From the NCBI GenBank assembly GCA_951406725.2, contig OX597826.1:34162001-34226000 (forward strand): 64,000 bases of DNA, read 5' to 3'. The translations under genes and the position numbers were made by a program. Source of the stretch: Octopus vulgaris (lineage: Eukaryota). The first letter of the stretch is position 1. Each line of letters begins with the position of its first letter. Of this stretch, positions 13,881 through 28,153 are shown piece by piece. Under the pieces are notes generated by a model. It ran no database searches, was not told the origin of the DNA, and saw only the letters and a list, made by a program, of their open reading frames with translations.

Positions 13881-15977
13881 ATTTTGGGCAAACTCTTACA
13901 GCATATAAGACAGGTTTCTGCAATGATTTGTGCTTGAAATCCAGTTAATCTGCGAAAAGGTGTTCATAATAACGTTGGATTAGAGATTAATCTCAAGAAC
14001 CGTCTTCTCAATTGTGTTCAAGCTTAAATCAATAACCAATCAGTTCCATTGAGCTCTGCATTAATACAGCAGCATGATACATTACTGAACATGTGTAATT
14101 GAAGCTGATCTATCTATGAAACCGGAGGCATTGAAATTTTACTGCATCAACGAGAGGAGTCTGAAATTTCATGGAATCTTTATTTGTTTCATTGTATGTT
14201 TTGCCAATGTTTTTGTCAAACCACCTTTTAATCATAAAGGATGTAATGGCTTACCAAATGTCCGTATATTGTCAGCACAGTTCCCATCAGCAGAACACAA
14301 GCAATTATTGCACCTTTCCACTTCTTAATAAAACGAAAATCTCTTTCTAAGAAGCAATCAATTCAGGCATCATTTCTACTCCTTTGATACACACACATCA
14401 ACACACACGCAAACATACATATAAAAGTATCATTGTATTTCTTTTCTGCTGAATAAATATCACTTGCCACTGACGAGCAGCATCCGATGTAGATGTTATG
14501 AAAATTGCTGAAGGTTTCAGTACCATTAAATTGTATGATCTTTTCTTGCTTATATTGTAGGCTGAAAGATAATGAATACTTCAATTTTCGTTGTCATATG
14601 ACGATGGAAGTTGAACTCAGAACAAAGACGGCCAGAAGAAATACTATCAACCATTTTCTCCGACACGGCTCTGCTTTTATACTTGACAAAGTACAATAAA
14701 TAGAAAGCAAAATTCTCATCATGAAATCTTTCTAATTAGATCCTATCTATTTAAATACACATTGTAGTGTAGTCATTTCCCAATAGATATATACATATTT
14801 AAATAATTAGAAAACGGAGAAAACGTTTGGTCAACTAACAAATAAATTGGACCACACTTGTAGATGATTTTTTAATACAAAACCTGAAAAAACATTTCTA
14901 TGATATAACAATTCTTACGGCCGTTTCTGCCTCAAATGCCAGCCGGTGCTTACGAAAGAAAATAATATTGATTCCTGATGAACTTTTGTTTGTTCTGTTG
15001 TTACCTGTACCCTACGAGCATAGTATGCCTGCATACCCATGTCCATACCCAGGTAACTGATATCGATAGTAAATACGGATATTTTTATCCCGTAGTCATT
15101 TACTATAACCGCTAACTCTACTTACCTAAATATATATATAGATACATACACATATGCGCACGCACATATATATATATACACGCACACTCACACACACACA
15201 CACAACTCACACACATATGTATATGTGCATATGCCTAGTACCGAATTATAGTGAAAATATTGGTTAACAGGAATCCATAGGAGAAGATACCCAAGTTTCG
15301 GTGATTAGAAACCAAGTCCAGGATGTCATTTCCCCTAAATATATTTGAACAGTCATAGAACTATAAAAGGGTTTACTTACATCACGATATACTCGAAATA
15401 ATTGTACTTCACTAAACAGAACAACGTATGCAATTGAAAATCTGCTCGCCCTTTCACTCATTTCCGCTCACATAATTTTTAAGCAACTCTCACCTCTCAA
15501 CACAATTTGCGTAATATTTCTCTATGGCGAAATGAAAAAGAATGTGTAAGAGCGAGGCAAACAGGCAGGTTGACAGATACATAGATAAATTCCTATCCTC
15601 TTCAGCGCTTCCCTTAAATTAGGTAATGACATTGGATGTTAGCTGGTTTCAAATCCCCTACCAAGAGTTTGCTAACCCTGTTTGAGATAGTTGAGAAAAT
15701 TTCTTCAAATGTGATGCTATTGTCTTAAATTTTGAAAGAATATATTAATCTATGCAATTTTATACAGATACAAATGATGCAAGGCATATATTATATAAGT
15801 ATTATATAAATAAATAAAAAAACTATCCTGAAGCTGGTATTTCTCGTCGTATTAATAACTCCATTAGTTCGTCCAAGTACTTGGTATAAGTAATCGCACC
15901 AATATATGCATGCATACGGGCGTGCATATTCTTATCTGAATACACATATATCTTTATTTATGTCTGTATGAGTGACT

Positions 15978-16032
<55 letters not shown>

Positions 16033-16043
16033 GTATGTATGTG

Positions 16044-16075
<32 letters not shown>

Positions 16076-16076
16076 T

Positions 16077-16348
16077 CTCCCCTTATTTCGCTCTCGCGTC
16101 TCATGTTTGATCTTTGACCTCTGGCCGAAATCAGATCGCCATGTTGATTCGTTAGCTACTGCACGCATTTTTTTCTCTCCTTCTTTCTGTGTTTTTTTCT
16201 CTCTGTGTATCTTTCTGTTGAAGAGCGTAGGCTCGAAACGTTAAAGACTTGTTTTATTTATATTTCCTGAGCGCCATACTAATACAATTGTTCGTTTGTT
16301 TTCCACCTGCCTTCGTCTTTTGTCTATTTTCATAAAGCTTCCCGTTAC
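16077..16348 (+). mobile_element. Penelope-like repeat remnant carrying a minimal hammerhead variant
   Basis: Unique segment inside (TA)n that contains TCTTT-CTGTTGA-A-GAGC-GTAG-GCTC-GAAACGTT-AAAGA. Minimal HHRs are typical of Penelope pLTRs; the family assignment is inferred. Confidence 0.55.
16210..16247 (+). ncRNA. Minimal type I hammerhead ribozyme variant (CUGUUGA core)
   Basis: Stem I UCUUU/AAAGA, stem II GAGC/GCUC, GAAA, palindromic ACGU stem III, GUU triplet. Confidence 0.55.
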
Positions 16349-16446
16349 ATATATATATACATACACATACATATATATATATATATACATATATATGTGT
16401 GTATGTGTATATATATGTATATATAAGCATTTATACATATATATAT

Positions 16447-16487
<41 letters not shown>

Positions 16488-16605
16488 TATATATGAACAT
16501 ATATATACATGTATACAGACATATATATGTATATGTATATATATACATGTATATATGTAAATATATGTATATATATTTATTTATCTACATATATATATGT
16601 GTGTG

Positions 16606-16660
<55 letters not shown>

Positions 16661-16661
16661 A

Positions 16662-16692
<31 letters not shown>

Positions 16693-17034
16693 ACGTAGAT
16701 ACGCATGTATGTATATAACAATTTTCCTAGGCGTAATAGTTACGTTTTTAATATATTTCTATAACACGATATGTAAACTACCCAGAGGCAAACAAACAAA
16801 GCGAGGCTCAACAAGTCATTGTTCAGTGTCTGTGTCTGCTGGTGACATTGATAAAGAATAGACACATAAAAATAGAAAACAATACTAATAGAAAGACGTG
16901 TTCAAACTAACGTTAGTAACAATATATTTATATTTATATTACAAAAGTAATAATATATATTTTGTTATATATTATTGAAAACAAAAGAATATGTCAATAA
17001 GTATGACATTTTCAATATTAAAAATGCTACTTGC

Positions 17035-17111
<77 letters not shown>

Positions 17112-18007
17112 GGTATGTGTGTATGGATGTATGTATGTATAAGTATATGTATATGCAAACGCAAACTCTGATCGGATGTTATTTTAGAGGAATGTAAAGT
17201 ATAAAAAACAGGACATTTACTTTAGAGGAGACCGAGTACTAACTGTAGATTCAAATTTATTTCAATTCGTATTGACTGGAACTTAAGATTCGTGCGACGT
17301 CTTATTTAACATGACAAAATATAAAGTTCCACTGATAAACGAGTTTTATTATACCCGCACACGCTTTTGTGTATTTATATTTGCATACATACATATAGAC
17401 GTATATGTAAATGTGTGCATGTATAGCATATCCTGTATATGTGTATATGTATGTACTTGCACGCACATAGATATTATGAAAACAGTTGGCTCAAAGTAGA
17501 AAACAGAGTAGGGGGAAGATATAGCAAAACGCTTTAGCGTAACACTGCAAAAGAAAGGAAAGCATCATCACGTTTCGGACGTCAGTCCATCATCAGAACA
17601 ATAATTTGTAAAAGGATTGAATTAGAAAATGTAGCTGAAGGAGTAAACAAACATACATTAACAGACATACACAAGCATCCTTATGCACCCGAATAGCTTA
17701 GTTTAACAGTTATGGCATCACCTATCCGAGTCAGACGAACAGCGTCTTAGGCAAGCGTAATTTTCCTGAGGTCAGCATATTTCACGCTACCTGAATAACG
17801 TTCCTTAGATTGAAAATGAATTAATACCAAATGTGTGGACTTAAATATTGACTCAAGCAGTACAGTGTGACACTAATTTTGTAGAAAACCTTTTTAACAT
17901 TAATTCAATCATTTGGTAATTCGCTAGAACAAGCAGCTCCATTACTCGCCGACGAAACCCACGGCGATACTTTATATACATATGTATATATATATATATA
18001 CATGTTT

Positions 18008-18131
<124 letters not shown>

Positions 18132-18544
18132 GCGTTTATATTTATATGTACATTTATAAAATATGCATCTGAATACGTAACAATATATAGATTTATTGTA
18201 TATACACATATATGCATATCTTCGTTTATAGTTTTGCAAATGTAATATACAATATTGAAATACCATAAAGAATTCTGGGGTATATTTTTATTGAAAAAGC
18301 AGTGCCAGTTTTGAAAATTGCAAAGTCTCAAGATACATATAAAAACTAAACTAAAGCAATCAAAAAGAAATAAAACAATGTAAAAACTAAACATATTTCC
18401 TTATTTTTCTGTCTGAGCATAAAAATGTAAATGTAGATATTTTTTCATTAGTAAAGTGAAAGTGTCTACATTTCCCATGTACTATTTTATAACATTTATG
18501 TAAGCGTACGTAGATATTATACTTCATTCTATCATATTCATATC

Positions 18545-18564
18545 TATGTATCTATGTACCTCGA

Positions 18565-18630
<66 letters not shown>

Positions 18631-18660
18631 CCTATCTATCTATCTATCTATCTATCTATA

Positions 18661-18699
<39 letters not shown>

Positions 18700-18700
18700 A
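18545..18700. repeat. (TCTA)n microsatellite
   Basis: Direct reading. Confidence 0.95.
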
Positions 18701-18984
18701 TGCGTGTGCGTGTGTATCTGTATATATACTGTACGTTATCCATATATACATAAATAAATATGCACGTATATGTTTATACACACATAAGTGTGCATATACA
18801 CCTTGTATGAATATAAATATAATTATATGTATGTATATTATACAACTGTATGAGAGGGTCGTGGACATTCAAACTATGTGATTGCAGACTCCAATAAACG
18901 GAGAAAATTTGACTGGCGAACTAACAAACTGTCTTATCCACTTTGAAAGGAAAACAGAGAGAGTATAGCTTACTTCAGATAGTA

Positions 18985-19197
18985 TTAGTTTAAAGTTTTG
19001 GCATAATGCCAGCAAATTCGGCAGAGAGGTTAAGTGGATATATCGCCCAGTACTCAACTGGTATTCATTATATCGATTCCGAAAAACGAAAGGCAAAATT
19101 TACCTCAGCGGAATGTGAACACAGGTCACAAAGACGGACGAAATGCTGCTAAAATTTGTTTTCTGGGCGTGCTAACGATTCGGACAGCTTGCCACCT
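18985..19197 (-). mobile_element. SINE family B (diverged)
   Basis: GAAAGGCAAAATTTACCTCAGCGGAAT...GGCGTGCTAACGATTC...CCACCT is the reverse complement of the family B core and head. Confidence 0.75.
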
Positions 19198-19319
19198 TTA
19201 CTCAATATAATAATATTCAACATGTCTATTCAGCATTTGGGGAAGCTTGCGTCAATGTCTTTTGGAAAATTTGAAATGAAGGACGAGAAAATAAAATCAA
19301 TCCATGCCTTTTCCCATTT

Positions 19320-19670
19320 TTGCTGCTCACTATTCTTGAGAGAGACCTGGGTGTGGGTTCCTCACGCACATGCATCATAGAATCCTGTCAGAGGCTGACC
19401 TCATTACATTTTCCCAAGTGTGACCAAATGAAACTAAGGATATTTTCCAAACAGCTCACTCTTGCTCTAATCTAAAGTTTCAAGCTGTGTGTCCATTCTA
19501 AAGTCTGTCTTGCGATCTTCTCCTTAGGCATTCTAAACCCATGTCCGTGGTACCGGAGATATGATCCATGAATGCGGTACAGTGGTGGCTTGACCTGGAG
19601 AGACTACTTGATCTCCGAGAAAGCTCCCTGTCGAAGTAACCTTACTTCAGAGATCTTATATTCGCTATAG
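19320..19670 (-). mobile_element. Decayed RTE-like LINE C-terminus
   Basis: Minus-strand peptides SEVRLLR and YLRYHGHGFRMPKEKIARQTLEW...IWSHLG match the LRWxGHVxRMxxxRxxR motif. Confidence 0.6.
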
Positions 19671-19983
19671 TTGTGTTTCAGATACACAAATATAAATAAA
19701 CACAGACGCACATAGAGATATACGCATGCGCAAATGAAGACACATACAATAGAAATGCAAAATACGAAATGGCTGACCGTTAGTAAGGAGAGACACACAA
19801 ATAAGAAAGAAGAAATCAAAGGACCACTGATGCGGTCACAGGAGTGTAACGAAAGAACTCTGGCCGAAATAAGATTAAGATTAATGTAAAAAATAGATAA
19901 CGCTGAAGCAAAGTAACACCAAATTTATAGTGCGTGTGTTTTTATTGGCTAACCTGGCAAAATGACCATTTCTAAATACAACA

Positions 19984-20041
<58 letters not shown>

Positions 20042-21248
20042 TGCTATGTATCTATTTCTCTCCAAATATATGTATAAATAGATTCATAGATAAATAGAGA
20101 TATATATTCATATAGAATAAACGTATAAATGGGTGTGTAAATAAAAGTATGGATATACAAGCGTGTCGTTATTCCTTTCCTCTGTTACATACTACATATG
20201 TAAGTCACTGTAAATTCATAATAAACTATCGTTTTATAGCTTCACACCCATTCGCTCCATTTCAATGTTTTCCCTAGAGTCTATCCAACATGTAGTAATA
20301 ACCATCATTTAACAAAAGGTTTGTTATTTAGAGCAGCACCAAGCTGAATTCTATGGAATTGGTGTTTAACTCTTTGATATTTATGCCAGAAATTCCCTGA
20401 TGAATATTATGTGAGCAATGCTATTCAAATTCATCTTTGGAATGTAGTTTTATAAATAAAGGAAGAAAAAACAAAACTTTGTTTTAAAAGGCTTTGCAGG
20501 ACTATTAAATAAAACATCGTATTTTAATCTTCATCAATATTCACCAGTCATTATCTTCAGGTCAGTGGTTCAATTCATCTCATGGGAAATGTTTTAACAT
20601 AGGAAAAGGCATTTTATACTAATTGCCTGTGTTTGCCACATTAGAGAATCCAGACGAAACTATATTAGCATATATATATATATATACATACACATACACG
20701 CACACACACATACATAAGGCACCGCATGAATACATACACATAAACACACGCATCCACACACAGACATATACATGCATACACACACACACTCATATGTAAA
20801 ACATTCTATTGTAGCATTTAAAACGAAGTTTAAATGGCGCCTAACATATATGGCAACCGCTCGATCTTTGGCTAATTATCTATCCACAAACTAGTTTCAC
20901 ATATATATATATATGTATGTGTGCGTGTGTGTGTGTACACGCGTGTATATATATATATATATATATATATACGAGTCACAAATACATATGTATTTATTAG
21001 AATTACGTTAGATAAGTAATACACAACCGGAGTGATGTTTCATTTAGTCGGTCGACAACACACTATATCGATTTCAGACATCGCTCTGGCGTACCAAGAC
21101 GTTCCGTTGCTACGCCTTTTCAACAAGTTGACGTGTACGTCCAACTCATTCATTGAAACTGCCGGGTTTTTTTTTATTACTCATCGCTTATTTCACAGCG
21201 TTTGAACTTATGTTCATGTATGTATGTATGTGTGTGTCTATGTGAATA

Positions 21249-21305
<57 letters not shown>

Positions 21306-21704
21306 CATGGCTTCTCTCGTTGTGAACGACAAATGGCGTTTCAGTAGACTAAAGCGGTAGTCCTGGTTATGGACAAGCATGTGTCTTGTGAGGTCTGCTA
21401 GTGCCTCGTAAAACTTTTGTCAAATGGAACGAATTGAGGACTAATTTTGTTTGAGTGCTTGCGGAACATTTTACTATGTGTTTCCTTGAGTGAATGCCAA
21501 GGCCTGCTTTGCTCCATGCCACCAAACCACAATGGCTTTCATTTAGAGGAGCTATGTTTTGCCAGCGTGCCTTCACACTTGCATGAAGTTGGTCCCTATA
21601 TATGCATATGCGTATGTATGTGTTTGTGGTGCATGTGTGCGTTTATATAAACGATCACGCTCACACATTCCTACAAACACACAAACACACATACACACAC
21701 ACAG

Positions 21705-21748
<44 letters not shown>

Positions 21749-22139
21749 GCTCATATGGTAAATGTCTTTGAAAGTTGTTTCTTTGGTATGTTTTTTTCCC
21801 AAACAACACTTATTAAAGTGCTGCCGACGCTGCCCGATTGAATGGTACTGTCCAGGTGTCGAACCCATAATGACATCCGTGAGGCAGCTGATGATTGAGG
21901 TACGTTGGATTGTTGGTATTTTTTGCATATGTGGAATAGTATTATAACACATGTTTTTGATATACACATAGATATATATGAAATGCAAGTACTCGTCTAG
22001 ACTTACGTTACCGATTCCGAAAGGGATGTTAAAGTAAATGCTAAAGCAGAAATATAAATGTATTTTCGTACTGCCATCCCACCCAGGCTCTCCGTTATAG
22101 TGTTGCATCTCTTAACCTTTAGTTGCCCTAGGGCAATTA

Positions 22140-22386
22140 AAGAAGGAGTAGGGGAAGAAAGAGAAGACGAAGGAGAAGAAGAAGAGGAGGAAAGAGAAGC
22201 AGAAGAAAACGAAGAAGAGAAGAAAGAGAAGAGAAAGAAGAACAAAAGAAAGAAGAGGAAACAGAAGTGGAATAATAATAATGATAAGAAGATGAGGAGG
22301 AGGAGGAAGAGGAGGAGGAAGAAGAAGAAGAAGAAGAAGAAGAAGAAGAAGAAGAAGAAGAAGAAGAAGAAGAAGAAGAAGAAGAG
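22140..22386. repeat. (GAA)n/(GAG)n purine-rich tract
   Basis: Direct reading. Confidence 0.95.
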
Positions 22387-23420
22387 ATTCTAATTTAGGT
22401 ACGAACTCCGTTCGTGTGAGCGTTAAGTGCTTGATAATTACGTCATCCTAAGTACTTGATGCGTATCTAGGTTGTCGACCCCAATGGGATCAGAGTTTAA
22501 CATGCCTGGATTTGAACTCAGATCGTGGAAAGCACACCACGAAAAAAATATACCGTAAAGCCTTTTTTCCGGTATACTAATGAATCTCATATCCGTTGTC
22601 CTTTAACAAATGCAATATAATAATACTAGAGTATTCGATCTTATTTAACTATGATGTTAGATATATTATTAGACAAAGCAGACATCCGTTTCCTAATATC
22701 GGGTTCCTCATCAGGTTAATTATGTTGATCTATTATCTGCCTAATCATCATCACATTCCTAATTACGATGTGTTAACTTTGCCCTCTAAGTAATTATTCT
22801 CTCGCCGTCTCACACTCTCATTCTCTGCTCTTGTAGTTACCAAGAATTCTAATATGTTTAAAGATCAATGTTGGTGTTCAACAGCAAAGTAAATCATTTA
22901 ACTTGTTGGCAACCTGACCCTGTAGAAATTATTTCATTTCAATACGAAAAAAACATAGTTATTTTTTTTTTGGCAGTTTGACCATGTTGTCTGTATATAA
23001 TACCAACTAATTGTCGGGTCATAGAAAACATAACCAGATAATATACATCAGAGCCACCGAAAACATATAAACTAACAGTAAATAAGAAATATAAAAATAT
23101 ATTTTAAAATATCGGAGTGCAATGACGTGACGAGTTTAAGCTCCTGTTGAAATTAAAGCACTGTAATTTTCTATTCACAATTCAATAAGCTAATCTATAG
23201 ATATTGGCTAATGAATGAATGGTAGTAATAGAATGTAATTTACAAGAATGGTTCTAAAAATAATTATTAAGAGACAGAAAGATGGATAATGTGAAAAATT
23301 TTAACGAAGTTAGAAGAATTGATATCGGGAAATCGTTCGTGAAAGATGCACAGTATATTTATATTAGAGGTTTTTCAATGCAAAAAAATATATATATTTA
23401 TGCACACACACACACACACA

Positions 23421-23463
<43 letters not shown>

Positions 23464-23482
23464 TCGCGTACACAATATAAAG

Positions 23483-23832
23483 AAAGGTAAAGGGTAAAGA
23501 TCCCCTTCGGTCACAAATGTCCATGGGATTGCACCTAGAGAGTTACCCTCCGAGGCACAAGTCCAGGTAATATTGTTTACCGAAGACCAGCAGTCTCCCA
23601 TACATAGCAGCCCCCACTCTTCACGCCACCGTTATTATCCAAGAGAAAGGCAAAGGCCGATACAGTCTGGCATCAGTGACGTCGCAACTCATTTCCATAG
23701 TTGAGTGAAATGGTGCAACATGAAATGAAGTGTCTTGCTCAATAATACAACACAGACACGGGTCCGGAAATTGAACCCACTACCTCGTTATTTTTAAACC
23801 CCACGTATTAACCAATGAGCCATGCGCCTTCA
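23483..23832 (-). mobile_element. SINE family D
   Basis: Full-length homology to 4432-4779. Confidence 0.85.
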
Positions 23833-23864
23833 CCACATAATATATGATACATATCCATATCTGA

Positions 23865-24340
23865 GAATGAGCATTGTTGGTTTCCTTGTCCTGTTTTTAT
23901 TCTTTATTTGAACTGTTTTTTTTTCTTCATTTGTATTGCTTTTACGTCCTGTTCTTGTCACTTTTTTTTACCCCTCTGCAAAAGAATTTTATTTAATTCA
24001 TTTTGCAGGAAGGACTTCTTCGGCCGGATCGTGTTCTGCCCTTACCTTCGAAACACGTATTGAGTCGAAACAGGGGCAGCTGATGAAGGGGAATGTTCCT
24101 TGTATTGTTTGTCTTGTACTCTATGTTTTCGTTGTTAAAAAAGTCCGTTTCCTTGTTTGATTTTATGTTTTCGTTTCTCGTTGTGTTCTACGTTTATTTG
24201 TGGTGTCCTGTACTCATATATGCGTGTATATATACATATAGATGTAGGTATGTAATATATGTATGTATGTATATATTTTATTTATTAAATTGTTATTATA
24301 TGATTGAACGCCACGCGTCGTTTTTCTTCTTCACCAAGTA
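23865..24340 (+). mobile_element. T-rich repeat remnant (probably Penelope-like pLTR) with a permuted hammerhead
   Basis: Contains the HHR motif at 24030-24091; partial homology to 49830-49990 (-). The Penelope assignment is inferred. Confidence 0.5.
24030..24091 (+). ncRNA. Candidate non-circularly permuted hammerhead ribozyme
   Basis: CGUGU-U-CUGCCCUU, then CUUC-GAAACACG, then AGGGGCAG-CUGAUGA-AGGGG. Stems I (8 bp), II (4 bp) and III (5 bp) all pair and the core is canonical. Confidence 0.6.
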
Positions 24341-24376
<36 letters not shown>

Positions 24377-24380
<4 letters not shown>

Positions 24381-24681
24381 ATGATCACGTGATCGACCAG
24401 TCCATCAGATGTAGTTACACATCGCTGGTCACAATGCGCTTCGCATTGTTTTAGCCTTCGAATGACGCCAACCTGCTGGCTAAGCGAGCAGGCTAACAGA
24501 AAAAAGAGTGGGAGAAAGAGTGGTGAGGGAGTACAGTAGGGATCACAACCCCCTGCCGGAGCCTCGTGGAGCTTTTAGGTGTTTTCGCTCAATAAACACT
24601 CACAACGCCCGGTCTGGGAATCGAAGCCGCGATCCTACGACCGCGAGTCCGCTGCCCTAACCACTGGGCCATTGCGCCTCC
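24377..24681 (-). mobile_element. SINE family C head with a second type of tail
   Basis: Minus strand GGAGGCGCAATGGCCCAGTGGTTAGGGCAGCGGACTCGCGGTCGTAGGATCGCGGCTTCGATTCCC; the tail differs from those at 3026 and 44811. Confidence 0.9.
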
Positions 24682-24763
24682 ACATACACACACATATATA
24701 TATATATATATATACACACATACATATATATGTATATATATTTATATATACATGTGTATATAT

Positions 24764-24808
<45 letters not shown>

Positions 24809-25774
24809 AGTATATATATACATATATATATATAGTTATATATGCGTGTGTATGTATTTGTTTCGGTGTATGACAAATGTTTCGTATAGGTAGTATCATA
24901 GTACAATGCCTTAGTGATCCTACGTACAAACGTATTTCCTATTTTATACAGAAATACGCTTAGCTTTACTTCGTTTTTGTATTATTGGCGCAATGACCAT
25001 TCCAAGAACGAAAAAGAGCCTTAGATTTACCATTCTAAATTGAATATTACAGTAAATCGATCAAATATGTTATAGACTAATATTTTTAATGTCGATAGAA
25101 TAGCATGAGAATTCAATACATCGTTTCTAAATTGATCGCCATTTTTCTCCAATCCACGTTGTAAAATTATCTCCAACCATTAATTTTTTTCACTCTATAC
25201 GCAGAGTAAATAAACTCATTACCTTCCAATAGCGAGGAACAAAACATTTACTCTTAGTTCGTTCACTTATAGCACACTGGAGAGCCATTTTGATGAGCTA
25301 AATTTGTTTTGAATTTTAACCATAAGTTGAAGTATTGTACATTTTGATTTTCTATTGTAACACTAGGACAATTATATGTTAAAAATTAAAAAGCAAAAGA
25401 TTGAAAAAAGATATGACGTGCCTTTTTCATTTCTAAATAATCGCAACAAAAGCCTTCACTTTTTATGCGACTGACGATAAACTAATAAATTATATTATTA
25501 ACACTGATTACTAAGGAAATACAACAATGTAGCCTTAATTCATTATATTCTAATTCAATCTAATGAAGAAATAATTAAGCTGTTTTCAGAGTAAATTTAT
25601 ACTTCACCTTTCATTAATAACAAGGAGAAATTCAAACACAGCATAAAGTAACAAATTTAAGTGGTATTGTTGTTATATACACGAGAAAACAAATGTAAGT
25701 TGAAATGGAATCACAAAGAAAATATAATCCTCGATTACAAACGGATGTAAGCTTTAATAAAATATATCAACCAC

Positions 25775-25815
<41 letters not shown>

Positions 25816-25832
25816 TTATATATATATATATG

Positions 25833-25949
<117 letters not shown>

Positions 25950-26624
25950 GTCTGTGTACGGTATCGAATTTGGAGCCATTTTCTCTCGAAGCGAACTTCG
26001 TAATACATTAAGCCTCTGTGTGTGTATTTGTTTACACACACGTGTATATCTATATATATATATACACACAAAAATATTTACTTACACGTATATATAATAG
26101 ACATACATTGTATATTTATATAATGTATTGGTTCCATTAGTAAAATGTTCAAGGAAATTTATGACTAATTCTTCCGAACAACTGGAGTGCTGCAATAATG
26201 TCATCAAGAGTCATATGAACTGTATACATATGACGTCAATTCAACATATGTGTGTCTTTGTGTTTACGGGTCTGTTTGGTATGTTTGTGAAGTGCACAGA
26301 TAAATGAAGAGATCGATAGACACAAAAGAGTGTAAAGCTATAGAAAGAGAACTATGCAGAGTTAAAGAAATTTGTGAGAGATGTTGGTAGCTAATGGAAA
26401 AAGAAAAAGAGATTTGGAGACTAAATTTTATATATTTACAGAGAAAGCAATAGTAGAATTTTGGAAAATAATGATGGAGGTCTATATAAAAAGTAGTGAA
26501 ATTTATGAATAATAATAAAAGTAAAACAAAAAGCAAAAAAAACGAATCTATAACTACATGAAAAATGAAGTGAAAAAAATTACAATTATAGAAAGGCTAC
26601 GTTACAATATAAAAGATTTTGAAA

Positions 26625-26756
26625 ACAATGATAGTACTAATAATGATGATGATGATGATGACGATGGAAATGACAATGATGGTCAAGATGATGACAATGA
26701 GGATGATGATGATAATAATAACAACAGCAACAACATTAATAATAATAATAATAATG

Positions 26757-26819
<63 letters not shown>

Positions 26820-26832
26820 TTAATAATAATAT
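26625..26832. repeat. (GAT)n/(AAT)n microsatellite
   Basis: Direct reading. Confidence 0.95.
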
Positions 26833-27209
26833 AAAAATCAATAAGTCCGTCTGATTAGCTAATATTCTGCAGTTTGTGAGAAGAGATGAAAACTAGAGAA
26901 AGAAATATATTTTATGAAGATGTCCATAGAGAGAGAGAGTGAGCAGCGACAGACACAAAGAATACATAACAACACAATTATAGAAGAAAAAAAAAAGAAA
27001 CGAAAAAACACCTTCAAAATGAAAAACTAAATACAAAGATGGAAAACAAAGTGATGGCTAGCTTCAAGATTATACTTTAAAAAACCAAAAACTATTTTGT
27101 TTCAGACAATATACATTTCATCAAATGTATATATGTACCATACCTACTTTCCTGTTCATATATATATATATATATATATATGTATAAAGACAAACACACA
27201 CATATATAC

Positions 27210-27249
<40 letters not shown>

Positions 27250-27290
27250 GCATATATGTTTATATGTATATGTACATACATGCATATATT

Positions 27291-27324
<34 letters not shown>

Positions 27325-28153
27325 AATATATATTTATATATATAGCTGCGTAAGAAGTAAGCATATAGATCTCTCTATATATATACCTGTGTCTGTGTAA
27401 GTCTGTGTAATTTCTGTGTGATTAGGTGCACCAATGATATATATTGTATCTCAACATTTTATACAACAGAATATAACATGTTATTGCCCACGCTTATATA
27501 TTGAATGTAGGAGCAATAATATCCTACTCTATAAGACCCACATAAATCTATATAGATATTGTTTATTTTCTCATACAAATGGACAAAGTGTTTAATAACA
27601 ATTGATGTTGGGAGTATGTACAGTCTGATAAATGTCAATTTATTTGAAGTAGAAAAAGAAGAAAATAGGCGGCATAACATGAATGTTGTCGTCGTTCGTT
27701 CTGTCGGTCATTTGTCGAACATACCAGCCAGTGATTATAATAACAATAGAAGGATTCTAAGCCATATTGGCGATGTAAATGTTTGGTGTTTGTTTTGCAT
27801 CACTGAAATTCATCCTTACTGAAGTTCTCAAGAAAAACAGTTATTATGTGACGGCGAATGGAAATCATATCGTGTTGTTTAATATGATAATTCCGGATAA
27901 CTGGTTGGTGGTATTGCATTTCACTGACAGACCGCTGCAGTTTGATCAGTTCTGAAATGTCCCTACTTTATCTTACACGACCCATTAAATGTTGGCTATC
28001 ACTTTAATCTTTTCCGAATTCCAGATGTGCATTAAAAATGTTATGGCGCATTTCGGGTGAAGGTTACAAAACGTGCTCTTGTGCTAGTGTTGTCAACACT
28101 TGAAGCAGTTATATGCAAACTGTGCATAACGTGAAGCAGTTATACGTAAAACT

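Noticed and set aside
14465-14525. CTGACGA...hairpin...GAAA
   Set aside because: No compatible stems I and III.
17565-17600. Minus-strand minimal HHR (CUGAUGA-U-GGAC/GUCC-GAAAC)
   Set aside because: The triplet is GUG rather than NUH and stem I does not pair; treated as a decayed relic.
22008-22041. Possible 34-nt minus-strand microexon with GTAAGT donor
   Set aside because: Splice motifs alone are too common, and there is no recognisable peptide.
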